NCBI RefSeq assembly: GCF_029227855.1
Contig: NZ_CP074356.1
Length of the DNA: 64,000 nucleotides
Direction: 5' to 3' (one strand)
From: Escherichia coli
Lineage (GTDB): Bacteria > Pseudomonadota > Gammaproteobacteria > Enterobacterales > Enterobacteriaceae
A program made the position numbers and the translations under genes. Under the pieces are notes generated by a model that saw only the letters and a program-made list of their open reading frames with translations, made no database searches and was not told the origin of the DNA. Every line of letters starts with the position of its first letter. Within the stretch, counting starts at the first letter, position 1. This document shows positions 34,255 through 46,775 of this stretch, piece by piece.

Positions 34255-34290
34255 TACTTTGTACAATTTTAGCGTATATTGTACAAAGTA
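34255..34290. promoter_or_regulatory. inverted repeat with 13-bp arms (tactttgtacaat / attgtacaaagta) and 10-bp spacer, 50 bp upstream of bluR; candidate operator
   Basis: Perfect arm complementarity read directly from the sequence in the bluF-bluR intergenic region. Confidence 0.4.
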
Positions 34291-34340
34291 TTATTGGGTC
34301 GTGTACAGGCGACGGAGATTTGTGACCGCAAGGAGGAATT

Positions 34341-35072
34341 GTGGCTTATTACAGCATTGGTGATGTTGCTGAACGTTGCGGGATTAATCCTGTCACTCTC
34401 CGGGCCTGGCAACGCCGCTACGGTTTGTTAAAACCACAGCGCAGTGAAGGCGGACACCGACTCTTTGATGAAGAAGACATACAACGCATCGAAGAGATCA
34501 AGCGTTGGATAAGTAATGGCGTCCCTGTAAGCAAAGTTAAAGCATTACTGGAAACCACCAGCCAGGATACGGAAGATGACTGGAGCCGCCTGCAAGAAGA
34601 GATGATGTCAATTCTTCGTATGGCTAATCCTGCCAAACTACGCGCGAGAATTATTTCACTGGGTCGAGAGTACCCAGTAGATCAATTGATTAATCATGTT
34701 TACCTTCCTGTTCGCCAGCGTCTCGTGCTTGATCACAACACCTCCCGCATTATGAGCAGTATGTTTGACGGCGCATTAATTGAATACGCAGCAGCCTCGC
34801 TTTTCGAAATGCGCCGTAAGCCCGGTAAAGAAGCCATTCTGATGGCGTGGAATGTTGAAGAGAGAGCACGATTGTGGCTGGAAGCATGGCGTTTATCATT
34901 GTCAGGATGGCACATTTCTGTTCTTGCTGATCCCATTGAAGCGCCGCGCCCGGAACTGTTCCCAACGCAAACATTGATTGTCTGGACAGGCATGGCACCA
35001 ACGAGAAGGCAAAACGAACTTTTACAACACTGGGGTGAGCAAGGTTATAAAGTCATCTTTCATGCCCCCTAA
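34341..35072 (+). CDS. bluR: MerR-family repressor BluR (YcgE)
   Basis: 243 aa; N-terminal MerR HTH ([44 protein letters not shown]). Confidence 0.88.
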   Translation: MAYYSIGDVAERCGINPVTLRAWQRRYGLLKPQRSEGGHRLFDEEDIQRIEEIKRWISNGVPVSKVKALLETTSQDTEDDWSRLQEEMMSILRMANPAKLRARIISLGREYPVDQLINHVYLPVRQRLVLDHNTSRIMSSMFDGALIEYAAASLFEMRRKPGKEAILMAWNVEERARLWLEAWRLSLSGWHISVLADPIEAPRPELFPTQTLIVWTGMAPTRRQNELLQHWGEQGYKVIFHAP

Positions 35073-35292
35073 TTTCACCTTTATCCCGCCCCTTAGACAG
35101 AATCTTATAATCTGAACCCACAACAGCGTTTGTACCGGAGCTGGTCCGTTGCAAAATGCTCACCGGGAGAATTCAGGTAATCCCCCTTTCACACTTTGTA
35201 CATATCACAGCCAAAGGACAGACCAGATTGAAGTGGTAAAACCGATCGTGCACACTACGCAGTCTCACAACTAACAAGAGGTTATTATCCTG

Positions 35293-35697
35293 ATGGATCA
35301 GGTTGTTGTTTTTCAAAAGATGTTTGAGCAAGTGAGAAAAGAGCAAAACTTCTCCTGGTTTTATTCAGAATTAAAACATTACCGTATTGCACATTACATT
35401 TATTATCTGGCTACGGATAACATCAGAATTATTACTCACGATGACACGGTTTTGTTATTAAGAGGAACCAGGAACCTGTTAAAAGTTAGTACGACCAAGA
35501 ACCCTGCTAAAATAAAAGAGGCCGCATTGCTTCATATTTGCGGAAAATCAACATTTCGGGAATACTGTTCAACACTGGCAGACGCGGGCGTTTTCCGGTG
35601 GGTTACTGATGTTAATCATAACAAACGCAGTTACTACGCCATTGATAATACGCTTTTATATATTGAAGATGTAGAAAATAATAAACCATTAATCTAG
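35293..35697 (+). CDS. ycgX: YcgX (DUF1398-type protein)
   Basis: 134-aa ORF at the conserved position next to bluR. Confidence 0.72.
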   Translation: MDQVVVFQKMFEQVRKEQNFSWFYSELKHYRIAHYIYYLATDNIRIITHDDTVLLLRGTRNLLKVSTTKNPAKIKEAALLHICGKSTFREYCSTLADAGVFRWVTDVNHNKRSYYAIDNTLLYIEDVENNKPLI

Positions 35698-35959
35698 CTA
35701 AAGTTGGATGCTTAAAAAATGCTTCATAATTCAGTAAGGCATTAGCATAATGGAAATAAAAGTGCAGAGACTATTCATATGGATGAGTAATACTATCTTT
35801 TTATTGCCACCCATAAATAATCACCAGATCAATACTATCAACTTGATATTTGAAATGTGATCACTTGACTTTTGATACGTTATTTTATAGCGGTTAACAT
35901 ATTTATAAAAAACAACGGGCGTATAACACGCCCGTTTCAATATTTAACACATGTAGAGA

Positions 35960-37210
35960 TTACATGTTCTTGATGATCGCATCACCAAACTCTGAACATT
36001 TCAGCAGTTTAGCGCCATCCATCAGACGCTCGAAGTCATAGGTTACAGTCTTGGCGTTGATTGCGCCTTCCATACCTTTAACAATCAGGTCTGCGGCTTC
36101 AGTCCAGCCCATATGGCGCAGCATCATCTCAGCGGAGAGAATAATAGAGCCTGGGTTTACTTTGTCCTGACCGGCATATTTCGGCGCAGTACCGTGGGTG
36201 GCTTCAAACAGGGCGCATTCGTCACCGATGTTTGCGCCTGGGGCGATACCGATACCGCCGACCTGTGCAGCCAGAGCGTCAGAAATGTAGTCACCGTTCA
36301 GGTTCATACAGGCGATAACATCATATTCAGCCGGACGCAGCAGGATCTGTTGCAGGAATGCGTCAGCAATCACGTCTTTAATGACGATCTCTTTGCCGGT
36401 ATTCGGGTTTTTAACTTTCATCCACGGGCCGCCGTCGATCAGTTCACCGCCAAACTCTTCACGCGCCAGCTGGTAGCCCCAGTCTTTAAACGCGCCTTCG
36501 GTGAACTTCATGATGTTGCCTTTGTGCACCAGGGTCACAGAGTCACGATCGTTAGCAATTGCGTATTCGATCGCTGCACGAACCAGACGTTTGGTGCCTT
36601 CTTCCGAACACGGCTTAATACCGATACCGCAATGTTCCGGGAAGCGAATTTTCTTCACGCCCATCTCTTCACGCAGGAATTTAATCACTTTCTCGGCGTC
36701 GGCAGAGTCAGCTTTCCATTCGATACCCGCATAAATGTCTTCCGAGTTTTCACGGAAGATAACCATATCGGTCAGTTCAGGATGTTTAACCGGGCTTGGG
36801 GTGCCCTGATAGTAACGTACCGGACGCAGGCAGATGTAGAGATCCAGTTCCTGGCGCAGGGCAACGTTCAGAGAACGAATACCGCCACCAACCGGAGTGG
36901 TCAGAGGGCCTTTAATGGCAACGCGATATTCACGAATCAGATCAAGGGTTTCAGCAGGCAGCCAGACATCCTGACCATAAACCTGTGTGGATTTTTCACC
37001 GGTGTAAATTTCCATCCAGGAGATTTTACGCTCGCCTTTATAGGCTTTCTCGACTGCAGCGTCGACCACTTTCAGCATGGCTGGGGTTACATCTACACCG
37101 ATTCCATCACCTTCAATGTAAGGGATAATCGGATTTTCAGGAACGTTGAGTTTGCCGTTTTGCAGGGTGATCTTCTTGCCTTGTGCCGGAACAACTACTT
37201 TACTTTCCAT
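35960..37210 (-). CDS. icd: NADP-dependent isocitrate dehydrogenase
   Basis: 416-aa [48 protein letters not shown]...; 3' end abuts ycgX with no prophage. Confidence 0.96.
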   Translation of the reverse strand: MESKVVVPAQGKKITLQNGKLNVPENPIIPYIEGDGIGVDVTPAMLKVVDAAVEKAYKGERKISWMEIYTGEKSTQVYGQDVWLPAETLDLIREYRVAIKGPLTTPVGGGIRSLNVALRQELDLYICLRPVRYYQGTPSPVKHPELTDMVIFRENSEDIYAGIEWKADSADAEKVIKFLREEMGVKKIRFPEHCGIGIKPCSEEGTKRLVRAAIEYAIANDRDSVTLVHKGNIMKFTEGAFKDWGYQLAREEFGGELIDGGPWMKVKNPNTGKEIVIKDVIADAFLQQILLRPAEYDVIACMNLNGDYISDALAAQVGGIGIAPGANIGDECALFEATHGTAPKYAGQDKVNPGSIILSAEMMLRHMGWTEAADLIVKGMEGAINAKTVTYDFERLMDGAKLLKCSEFGDAIIKNM

Positions 37211-37381
37211 TCACCTCTCCTTCGAGCGCTACTGGTTTGCTCGTCTGCCACCACGTTGCATATGCGTTTGCGTCCTGCGATACGGATGCATTAGAGCAAT
37301 TTTTTGTTAATGATTTGTAATTGGCTTGTCAATACTACCCTATTGTTTGCCGTCATGAAAGATGCGCGTTATTAGGCTATA

Positions 37382-37432
37382 ATGCGGCAATTCATAATCT
37401 CTGAAAATACCATGCAAAAAACTTCTTTTAGA
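37382..37432 (+). pseudogene. displaced original 5' end of rluE (first ~17 codons, [17 protein letters not shown]) separated from the gene body by a ~1.5 kb insert
   Basis: ATG 171 bp from the divergent icd start encodes [16 protein letters not shown], which I recall as the K-12 RluE N-terminus; after the 11-bp repeat cttcttttaga the frame runs into unrelated sequence and stops. Confidence 0.6.
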
Positions 37433-37671
37433 CCAAAGACAGTATTTTTCAGACCTTCAAATAAGGCATTAAATATCAATAAGTTATACCGGTTTTTAAG
37501 CAATAAAAAAAACCACCAGAGATAACTAACAGGATGCTATTTGGTCAAAATTTGACATTACTCGACTCAGCGACTATCTCACTTTGAGCACTATTGGGAA
37601 AATTATCAAAAGTCATGGTTGAAGCGACAAGCAACGAGTAAATTATGGCATCCCCCCTTTTTGAGGTTCAC

Positions 37672-37758
37672 ATGAAACGCTTTGCACTGATAGCTGTGAA
37701 ACTCGTTGCCTTTACTGGTTCTGCATCTGCTGCAACCGAAGAAATCAACTTCAAGTAA
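37672..37758 (+). CDS. possible 28-aa small protein with signal-peptide-like/hydrophobic N-terminus (MKRFALIAVKLVAFTGSASAATEEINFK)
   Basis: Not in the ORF track (too short); strong RBS gagg 5 nt before the ATG; perfect TTGACA -35-like hexamer at 37552..37557 upstream. Confidence 0.3.
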   Translation: MKRFALIAVKLVAFTGSASAATEEINFK

Positions 37759-37791
37759 CAGAAACACTATATAACAATGGAGTGTTGACAA

Positions 37792-38241
37792 ATGGATACT
37801 ACCGAAGAACGCAATGGAACATATTTCTACAGAGGACACCCTAACCTGTCCAAAATAGAACTACTCAACGTCATATTCCTTGAAGAATTCTGTAAGGAAT
37901 TGGGGATTGATTCGGTATCAGGTGCAGCAATCTTATCTGGTCAACCGTGGCTGGGTACAAGAGCGAAGCCGCAAGGGGCAACCCTGGGAACAAGTGTTGT
38001 CTCAAAGTATGCGCGTATACTGATGAGAGATGCACGCATGCCTTTTGGTATTTCTGTTCATACACCAGTGGGTGTAAGGATGCAGAAATCTAATAAGCTT
38101 GCTGCAATTATCGCTCGTTGGGTCCCGTGGATTGGTTGGGCTTCACTGTCGATGAGTCTTTACAGGCTTTCGACTCGTACCCAGGAAAAATACAATCTGA
38201 TTGCCAAACCTCAAGACCGTATTAAGTGGACTTCCTTCTAA
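37792..38241 (+). CDS. hypothetical 149-aa protein, cargo gene A of the rluE insert (candidate toxin-like partner)
   Basis: ORF with ggag RBS-like motif upstream; stop codon overlaps the start of the next ORF (TAATG); no recognisable family from sequence alone. Confidence 0.6.
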   Translation: MDTTEERNGTYFYRGHPNLSKIELLNVIFLEEFCKELGIDSVSGAAILSGQPWLGTRAKPQGATLGTSVVSKYARILMRDARMPFGISVHTPVGVRMQKSNKLAAIIARWVPWIGWASLSMSLYRLSTRTQEKYNLIAKPQDRIKWTSF

Positions 38242-38576
38242 TGGCGACAACAATCACAGACGAAGTTTTAGCACTGTTCCGTGATGAGATTCCAGGTTAT
38301 CAGGATGACCACGGGAAGGAAATTCCGTTAGAACTGGACTCTGATTTGTTCGACTATCCACGAGATGATTTAGAGGACGCTATACGGAAATACAAAGAGA
38401 GGTTTGGGATTAACCTGGATAATCTGGACTGGTCTTTGTACCTTCCATGGGAGTCTGCACCATTGCTTCAACGATGGTTCAAGCTCAAGCGGGAAGAGGT
38501 AGAAACAACACGTTTACCGTTAACTGTACGGATGTTTGCAGAATCAGCAGAAGCGGGAAAATGGCTGTATCAGTAG
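38241..38576 (+). CDS. hypothetical acidic 111-aa protein, cargo gene B of the rluE insert (ACP-like/DUF1493-like by recollection; candidate immunity/antitoxin-like partner)
   Basis: ATG overlaps the stop of gene A by 1 nt (translational coupling); acidic composition, no signal peptide, motif LELDSDLFDYPRDDLEDAI reminiscent of the ACP fold. Confidence 0.6.
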   Translation: MATTITDEVLALFRDEIPGYQDDHGKEIPLELDSDLFDYPRDDLEDAIRKYKERFGINLDNLDWSLYLPWESAPLLQRWFKLKREEVETTRLPLTVRMFAESAEAGKWLYQ

Positions 38577-38908
38577 AATAAAAAAGAAGGCTGCGATGCC
38601 CCTCTTATTACTGCTGATGATGGTAGTGGTAAAGCATCATCCTGAACTTGAACAGTGAAGTGCTGTCACCCATCAGTAATACAGAAACACTATTTTTCAT
38701 ACCAGTATTTATTCAATTCATCAATGTAAAATGTGTTCATTGGGCCATATTTCTCACCATGCAGCCACACAACCGCTGCTCACTAACCCAGGTATTGATG
38801 AAACCGCGCTGAAGAGCCTGAACCCTGAACCTCTAACGAGTACCTTAAAAGTCCAATGCAATCCGACACTGTGCTACCCTCTGCGTATAGCTCTATTTGG
38901 AATTTACC

Positions 38909-39547
38909 ATGAAATACTTTAGCGATTCTAAATCTTCTTTTAGAAAAAAACAGGTTAGTCGACTAAACTCGCAACACTCCACTAAGCGTAAACCTGAAAA
39001 TCAGCCCACGCGCGTGATCCTGTTCAATAAACCCTACGATGTTCTTCCGCAGTTCACCGATGAAGCCGGACGCAAAACATTAAAAGAATTCATCCCGGTT
39101 CAGGGCGTTTATGCAGCAGGTCGTCTTGACCGCGATAGCGAAGGGTTACTGGTGCTGACCAATAACGGCGCGTTGCAGGCGCGTTTAACCCAGCCGGGTA
39201 AACGCACCGGAAAAATCTATTATGTGCAGGTGGAAGGTATTCCCACACAAGACGCACTTGAAGCCTTGCGCAATGGCGTAACCTTAAATGATGGCCCTAC
39301 CCTGCCCGCAGGCGTAGAGCTGGTTGACGAACCCGCGTGGTTATGGCCGCGGAATCCACCAATTCGTGAACGCAAAAGTATTCCCACCAGCTGGCTGAAG
39401 ATCACCTTATATGAAGGACGTAATCGCCAGGTGCGCCGCATGACCGCCCATGTTGGTTTCCCCACGCTGCGACTGATTCGCTATGCGATGGGTGATTACT
39501 CTTTGGATAATCTTGCCAACGGCGAATGGCGAGAAGCGACAGATTAA
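38909..39547 (+). CDS. rluE: 23S rRNA pseudouridine(2457) synthase RluE with variant N-terminus
   Basis: From ...[61 protein letters not shown] onward matches RluE as recalled; first ~27 residues ([28 protein letters not shown]) are a diverged version of the displaced fragment; start could also be the TTG at 38897. Confidence 0.85.
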   Translation: MKYFSDSKSSFRKKQVSRLNSQHSTKRKPENQPTRVILFNKPYDVLPQFTDEAGRKTLKEFIPVQGVYAAGRLDRDSEGLLVLTNNGALQARLTQPGKRTGKIYYVQVEGIPTQDALEALRNGVTLNDGPTLPAGVELVDEPAWLWPRNPPIRERKSIPTSWLKITLYEGRNRQVRRMTAHVGFPTLRLIRYAMGDYSLDNLANGEWREATD

Positions 39548-39556
39548 GGACGCAAA

Positions 39557-41178
<1,622 letters not shown>

Positions 41179-41213
41179 TTATTTTCTTTACTTAAAACAA
41201 GGAAGCAGTGAAC

Positions 41214-41855
41214 GTGGCAAAGAATTACTATGACATCACCCTCGCCCTGGCCGGTATTTGTCAGTCGGCACGCCTGGTGCAACAACTCGCTCACCAGGGG
41301 CATTGTGATGCCGATGCGCTACACGTCTCACTCAACAGTATTATTGATATGAACCCCAGCTCGACGCTGGCGGTTTTTGGCGGTAGCGAAGCCAACCTGC
41401 GCGTCGGGCTGGAAACCTTGCTCGGCGTGCTCAATGCCAGCAGTCGCCAGGGCTTAAACGCCGAATTAACCCGCTACACACTCAGCCTGATGGTGCTTGA
41501 GCGCAAACTCTCCTCAGCGAAAGGTGCGCTCGACACTCTGGGCAACCGGATCAACGGCCTGCAACGCCAGCTCGAACACTTCGATTTACAGTCCGAAACG
41601 CTGATGAGCGCGATGGCCGCCATCTATGTTGATGTTATCAGCCCGCTAGGCCCGCGCATTCAGGTCACTGGTTCCCCTGCTGTACTGCAAAGCCCACAGG
41701 TGCAGGCGAAAGTTCGCGCCACCCTGCTGGCAGGCATTCGCGCCGCCGTGCTCTGGCACCAGGTCGGCGGCGGACGTCTGCAACTGATGTTTTCTCGTAA
41801 TCGCCTGACCACTCAGGCAAAACAAATTCTTGCTCATTTAACCCCGGAGTTGTGA
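41214..41855 (+). CDS. hflD: lysogenization regulator HflD
   Basis: 213 aa from GTG at 41214 ([29 protein letters not shown]...). Confidence 0.87.
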   Translation: MAKNYYDITLALAGICQSARLVQQLAHQGHCDADALHVSLNSIIDMNPSSTLAVFGGSEANLRVGLETLLGVLNASSRQGLNAELTRYTLSLMVLERKLSSAKGALDTLGNRINGLQRQLEHFDLQSETLMSAMAAIYVDVISPLGPRIQVTGSPAVLQSPQVQAKVRATLLAGIRAAVLWHQVGGGRLQLMFSRNRLTTQAKQILAHLTPEL

Positions 41856-43229
<1,374 letters not shown>

Positions 43230-43321
43230 GCGTCAAAACAGTGCCGGATGGCGATGCTGTCCGGCCTGCTTATTAAGATTATCCACTTTTTCTTTTTTCA
43301 CTTTACCTCCCCTCCCCGCTG

Positions 43322-43337
43322 GTTTATTTAATGTTTA
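43322..43337 (+). promoter_or_regulatory. PhoP box (direct repeat GTTTA-N5-TGTTTA) of the autoregulated phoPQ promoter
   Basis: gtttatttaatgttta about 60 bp upstream of the phoP start codon. Confidence 0.7.
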
Positions 43338-43398
43338 CCCCCATAACCACATAATCGCGTTACACTATTTTAATAATTAAGACAGGGAGAAATAAAAA

Positions 43399-44070
43399 AT
43401 GCGCGTACTGGTTGTTGAAGACAATGCGTTGTTACGTCACCATCTTAAAGTTCAGATTCAGGATGCTGGTCATCAGGTCGATGACGCAGAAGATGCCAAA
43501 GAAGCCGATTATTATCTCAATGAACATTTACCGGATATTGCGATTGTCGATCTCGGTTTGCCTGACGAGGACGGTCTGTCACTGATACGCCGCTGGCGTA
43601 GCAATGATGTTTCACTGCCGATTCTGGTATTAACCGCCCGTGAAAGCTGGCAGGACAAAGTCGAAGTATTAAGTGCCGGTGCTGATGATTACGTGACTAA
43701 ACCGTTTCATATTGAAGAGGTGATGGCGCGAATGCAGGCATTAATGCGGCGAAATAGCGGTCTGGCTTCACAGGTCATTTCGCTACCCCCGTTTCAGGTT
43801 GATCTCTCCCGCCGTGAATTATCTATTAATGACGAAGTGATCAAACTGACCGCGTTCGAATACACCATCATGGAAACGTTGATACGCAATAATGGCAAAG
43901 TGGTCAGCAAAGATTCGTTAATGCTACAACTCTACCCGGATGCGGAGCTGCGGGAAAGTCATACCATAGATGTACTGATGGGACGTCTGCGCAAAAAAAT
44001 ACAGGCACAATATCCGCAAGAAGTGATTACCACCGTTCGCGGCCAGGGCTATCTGTTCGAATTGCGCTGA
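43399..44070 (+). CDS. phoP: response regulator PhoP
   Basis: 223 aa [59 protein letters not shown]... Confidence 0.96.
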   Translation: MRVLVVEDNALLRHHLKVQIQDAGHQVDDAEDAKEADYYLNEHLPDIAIVDLGLPDEDGLSLIRRWRSNDVSLPILVLTARESWQDKVEVLSAGADDYVTKPFHIEEVMARMQALMRRNSGLASQVISLPPFQVDLSRRELSINDEVIKLTAFEYTIMETLIRNNGKVVSKDSLMLQLYPDAELRESHTIDVLMGRLRKKIQAQYPQEVITTVRGQGYLFELR

Positions 44071-45530
44071 TGAAAAAATTACTGCGTCTTTTTTTCCCGC
44101 TCTCGCTGCGGGTACGTTTTCTGTTAGCAACGGCAGCAGTAGTATTGGTGCTTTCGCTTGCCTACGGAATGGTTGCGCTGATCGGTTATAGCGTCAGTTT
44201 CGATAAAACCACGTTTCGGCTGTTACGTGGCGAGAGCAATCTGTTCTATACCCTTGCGAAGTGGGAAAACAATAAGTTGCATGTCGAGTTACCCGAAAAT
44301 ATCGACAAGCAAAGCCCCACTATGACGCTAATTTATGATGAGAACGGGCAGCTTTTATGGGCGCAACGTGACGTGCCCTGGCTGATGAAGATGATCCAGC
44401 CTGACTGGCTGAAATCGAATGGTTTTCATGAAATTGAAGCGGATGTTAACGATACCAGCCTCTTGCTGAGTGGAGATCATTCGATACAGCAACAGTTGCA
44501 GGAAGTGCGGGAAGATGATGACGACGCGGAGATGACCCACTCGGTGGCGGTAAACGTCTACCCGGCAACATCGCGGATGCCAAAGTTGACCATTGTGGTG
44601 GTGGATACCATTCCGGTGGAGCTAAAAAGTTCCTATATGGTCTGGAGCTGGTTTATCTATGTGCTCTCAGCCAATCTGCTGTTAGTGATCCCGCTGCTGT
44701 GGGTCGCCGCCTGGTGGAGTTTACGCCCCATCGAAGCCCTGGCAAAAGAAGTCCGCGAACTGGAAGAACATAACCGCGAATTGCTCAATCCAGCCACAAC
44801 GCGAGAACTGACCAGTCTGGTACGAAACCTGAACCGATTGTTAAAAAGTGAACGCGAACGTTACGACAAATATCGTACGACGCTCACCGACCTGACCCAT
44901 AGTCTGAAAACGCCACTGGCGGTGCTGCAAAGTACGCTGCGTTCTCTGCGTAGTGAGAAGATGAGCGTCAGTGATGCTGAACCGGTAATGCTGGAGCAAA
45001 TCAGCCGCATTTCACAGCAAATTGGCTACTACCTGCATCGTGCCAGTATGCGCGGCGGGACATTGCTCAGCCGCGAGCTGCATCCGGTCGCCCCACTGCT
45101 GGACAATCTCACCTCGGCGCTGAACAAAGTGTATCAACGCAAAGGGGTCAATATCTCTCTCGATATTTCGCCAGAGATCAGCTTTGTCGGTGAGCAGAAC
45201 GATTTTGTCGAGGTGATGGGCAACGTGCTGGATAATGCCTGTAAATATTGCCTCGAGTTTGTCGAAATTTCTGCAAGGCAAACAGACGAGCATCTCTATA
45301 TTGTGGTCGAGGATGATGGCCCCGGTATTCCATTAAGCAAGCGAGAGGTCATTTTCGACCGTGGTCAACGGGTTGATACTTTACGCCCTGGGCAAGGTGT
45401 AGGGCTGGCGGTAGCCCGCGAAATCACCGAGCAATATGAGGGTAAAATCGTCGCCGGAGAGAGCATGCTGGGCGGTGCGCGGATGGAGGTGATTTTTGGT
45501 CGCCAGCATTCTGCGCCGAAAGATGAATAA
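44070..45530 (+). CDS. phoQ: Mg2+/antimicrobial-peptide sensor kinase PhoQ
   Basis: 486 aa, two TM segments, HAMP and HisKA/ATPase motifs; overlaps the phoP stop. Confidence 0.96.
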   Translation: MKKLLRLFFPLSLRVRFLLATAAVVLVLSLAYGMVALIGYSVSFDKTTFRLLRGESNLFYTLAKWENNKLHVELPENIDKQSPTMTLIYDENGQLLWAQRDVPWLMKMIQPDWLKSNGFHEIEADVNDTSLLLSGDHSIQQQLQEVREDDDDAEMTHSVAVNVYPATSRMPKLTIVVVDTIPVELKSSYMVWSWFIYVLSANLLLVIPLLWVAAWWSLRPIEALAKEVRELEEHNRELLNPATTRELTSLVRNLNRLLKSERERYDKYRTTLTDLTHSLKTPLAVLQSTLRSLRSEKMSVSDAEPVMLEQISRISQQIGYYLHRASMRGGTLLSRELHPVAPLLDNLTSALNKVYQRKGVNISLDISPEISFVGEQNDFVEVMGNVLDNACKYCLEFVEISARQTDEHLYIVVEDDGPGIPLSKREVIFDRGQRVDTLRPGQGVGLAVAREITEQYEGKIVAGESMLGGARMEVIFGRQHSAPKDE

Positions 45531-45605
45531 ATATGTCCATACTTCACGCATTACGTTAAGCATCCGTTATAATCGGTTGCAGATACCAGCCTGTGGATGC
45601 TTAAC

Positions 45606-46727
45606 ATGGAATACCAACTCACTCTTAACTGGCCCGATTTTCTTGAACGTCACTGGCAGAAACGCCCGGTGGTGTTAAAACGCGGCTTTAATAATTTTAT
45701 TGACCCAATCTCTCCAGACGAGTTGGCGGGTCTGGCGATGGAAAGCGAAGTCGACAGTCGACTGGTCAGTCACCAGGATGGCAAATGGCAGGTCAGCCAC
45801 GGTCCGTTCGAAAGCTACGATCATCTCGGTGAAACTAACTGGTCATTGTTAGTGCAAGCAGTGAATCACTGGCATGAGCCGACCGCCGCGCTGATGCGAC
45901 CGTTCCGTGAACTACCGGACTGGCGTATTGATGATCTGATGATCTCTTTTTCTGTACCTGGCGGCGGCGTCGGCCCGCATCTCGATCAGTACGACGTGTT
46001 TATCATTCAGGGTACCGGACGTCGTCGCTGGCGAGTGGGCGAAAAGCTGCAAATGAAACAGCACTGCCCACATCCGGATCTGTTACAGGTCGATCCGTTC
46101 GAAGCCATCATCGATGAAGAGCTGGAGCCTGGAGATATTCTTTATATTCCGCCAGGATTCCCGCATGAAGGCTACGCGCTGGAAAATGCGATGAACTATT
46201 CCGTGGGTTTTCGCGCGCCAAATACGCGGGAACTGATTAGCGGATTTGCCGATTATGTGCTGCAACGTGAACTGGGCGGCAACTACTACAGCGATCCTGA
46301 TGTTCCACCTCGCGCTCATCCTGCGGATGTTCTGCCGCAAGAGATGGATAAATTGCGTGAGATGATGCTCGAATTGATCAACCAGCCGGAACACTTTAAG
46401 CAATGGTTTGGCGAGTTTATATCCCAGTCACGTCATGAACTGGATATCGCGCCACCAGAGCCGCCTTATCAGCCGGATGAAATCTACGATGCGCTGAAAC
46501 AAGGTGATGTGCTGGTGCGCCTGGGTGGTCTGCGCGTATTGCGCATTGGCGACGACGTGTATGCCAATGGTGAGAAGATCGATTCCCCACACCGTCCGGC
46601 ACTGGATGCGCTCGCCAGCAACATTGCGCTGACCGCGGAGAATTTTGGTGATGCACTGGAAGATCCGTCATTCCTCGCGATGCTCGCGGCGCTGGTCAAT
46701 AGCGGATACTGGTTCTTCGAAGGGTAA
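45606..46727 (+). CDS. roxA: ribosomal protein uL16 arginine hydroxylase RoxA (YcfD), JmjC/cupin
   Basis: 373 aa from ATG at 45606 (MEYQLTLNWPDFLERHWQKRPVVLKRGF...). Confidence 0.87.
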   Translation: MEYQLTLNWPDFLERHWQKRPVVLKRGFNNFIDPISPDELAGLAMESEVDSRLVSHQDGKWQVSHGPFESYDHLGETNWSLLVQAVNHWHEPTAALMRPFRELPDWRIDDLMISFSVPGGGVGPHLDQYDVFIIQGTGRRRWRVGEKLQMKQHCPHPDLLQVDPFEAIIDEELEPGDILYIPPGFPHEGYALENAMNYSVGFRAPNTRELISGFADYVLQRELGGNYYSDPDVPPRAHPADVLPQEMDKLREMMLELINQPEHFKQWFGEFISQSRHELDIAPPEPPYQPDEIYDALKQGDVLVRLGGLRVLRIGDDVYANGEKIDSPHRPALDALASNIALTAENFGDALEDPSFLAMLAALVNSGYWFFEG

Positions 46728-46775
46728 GTTTGGATTTAAGCCGGATGCGGCATCACATGCCGCATCCCTTTTCGC

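Noticed and set aside
36113-37294. 393-aa plus-strand ORF opposite icd
   Set aside because: Antisense to almost the whole icd gene; low-complexity translation with no RBS context. Shadow ORF.
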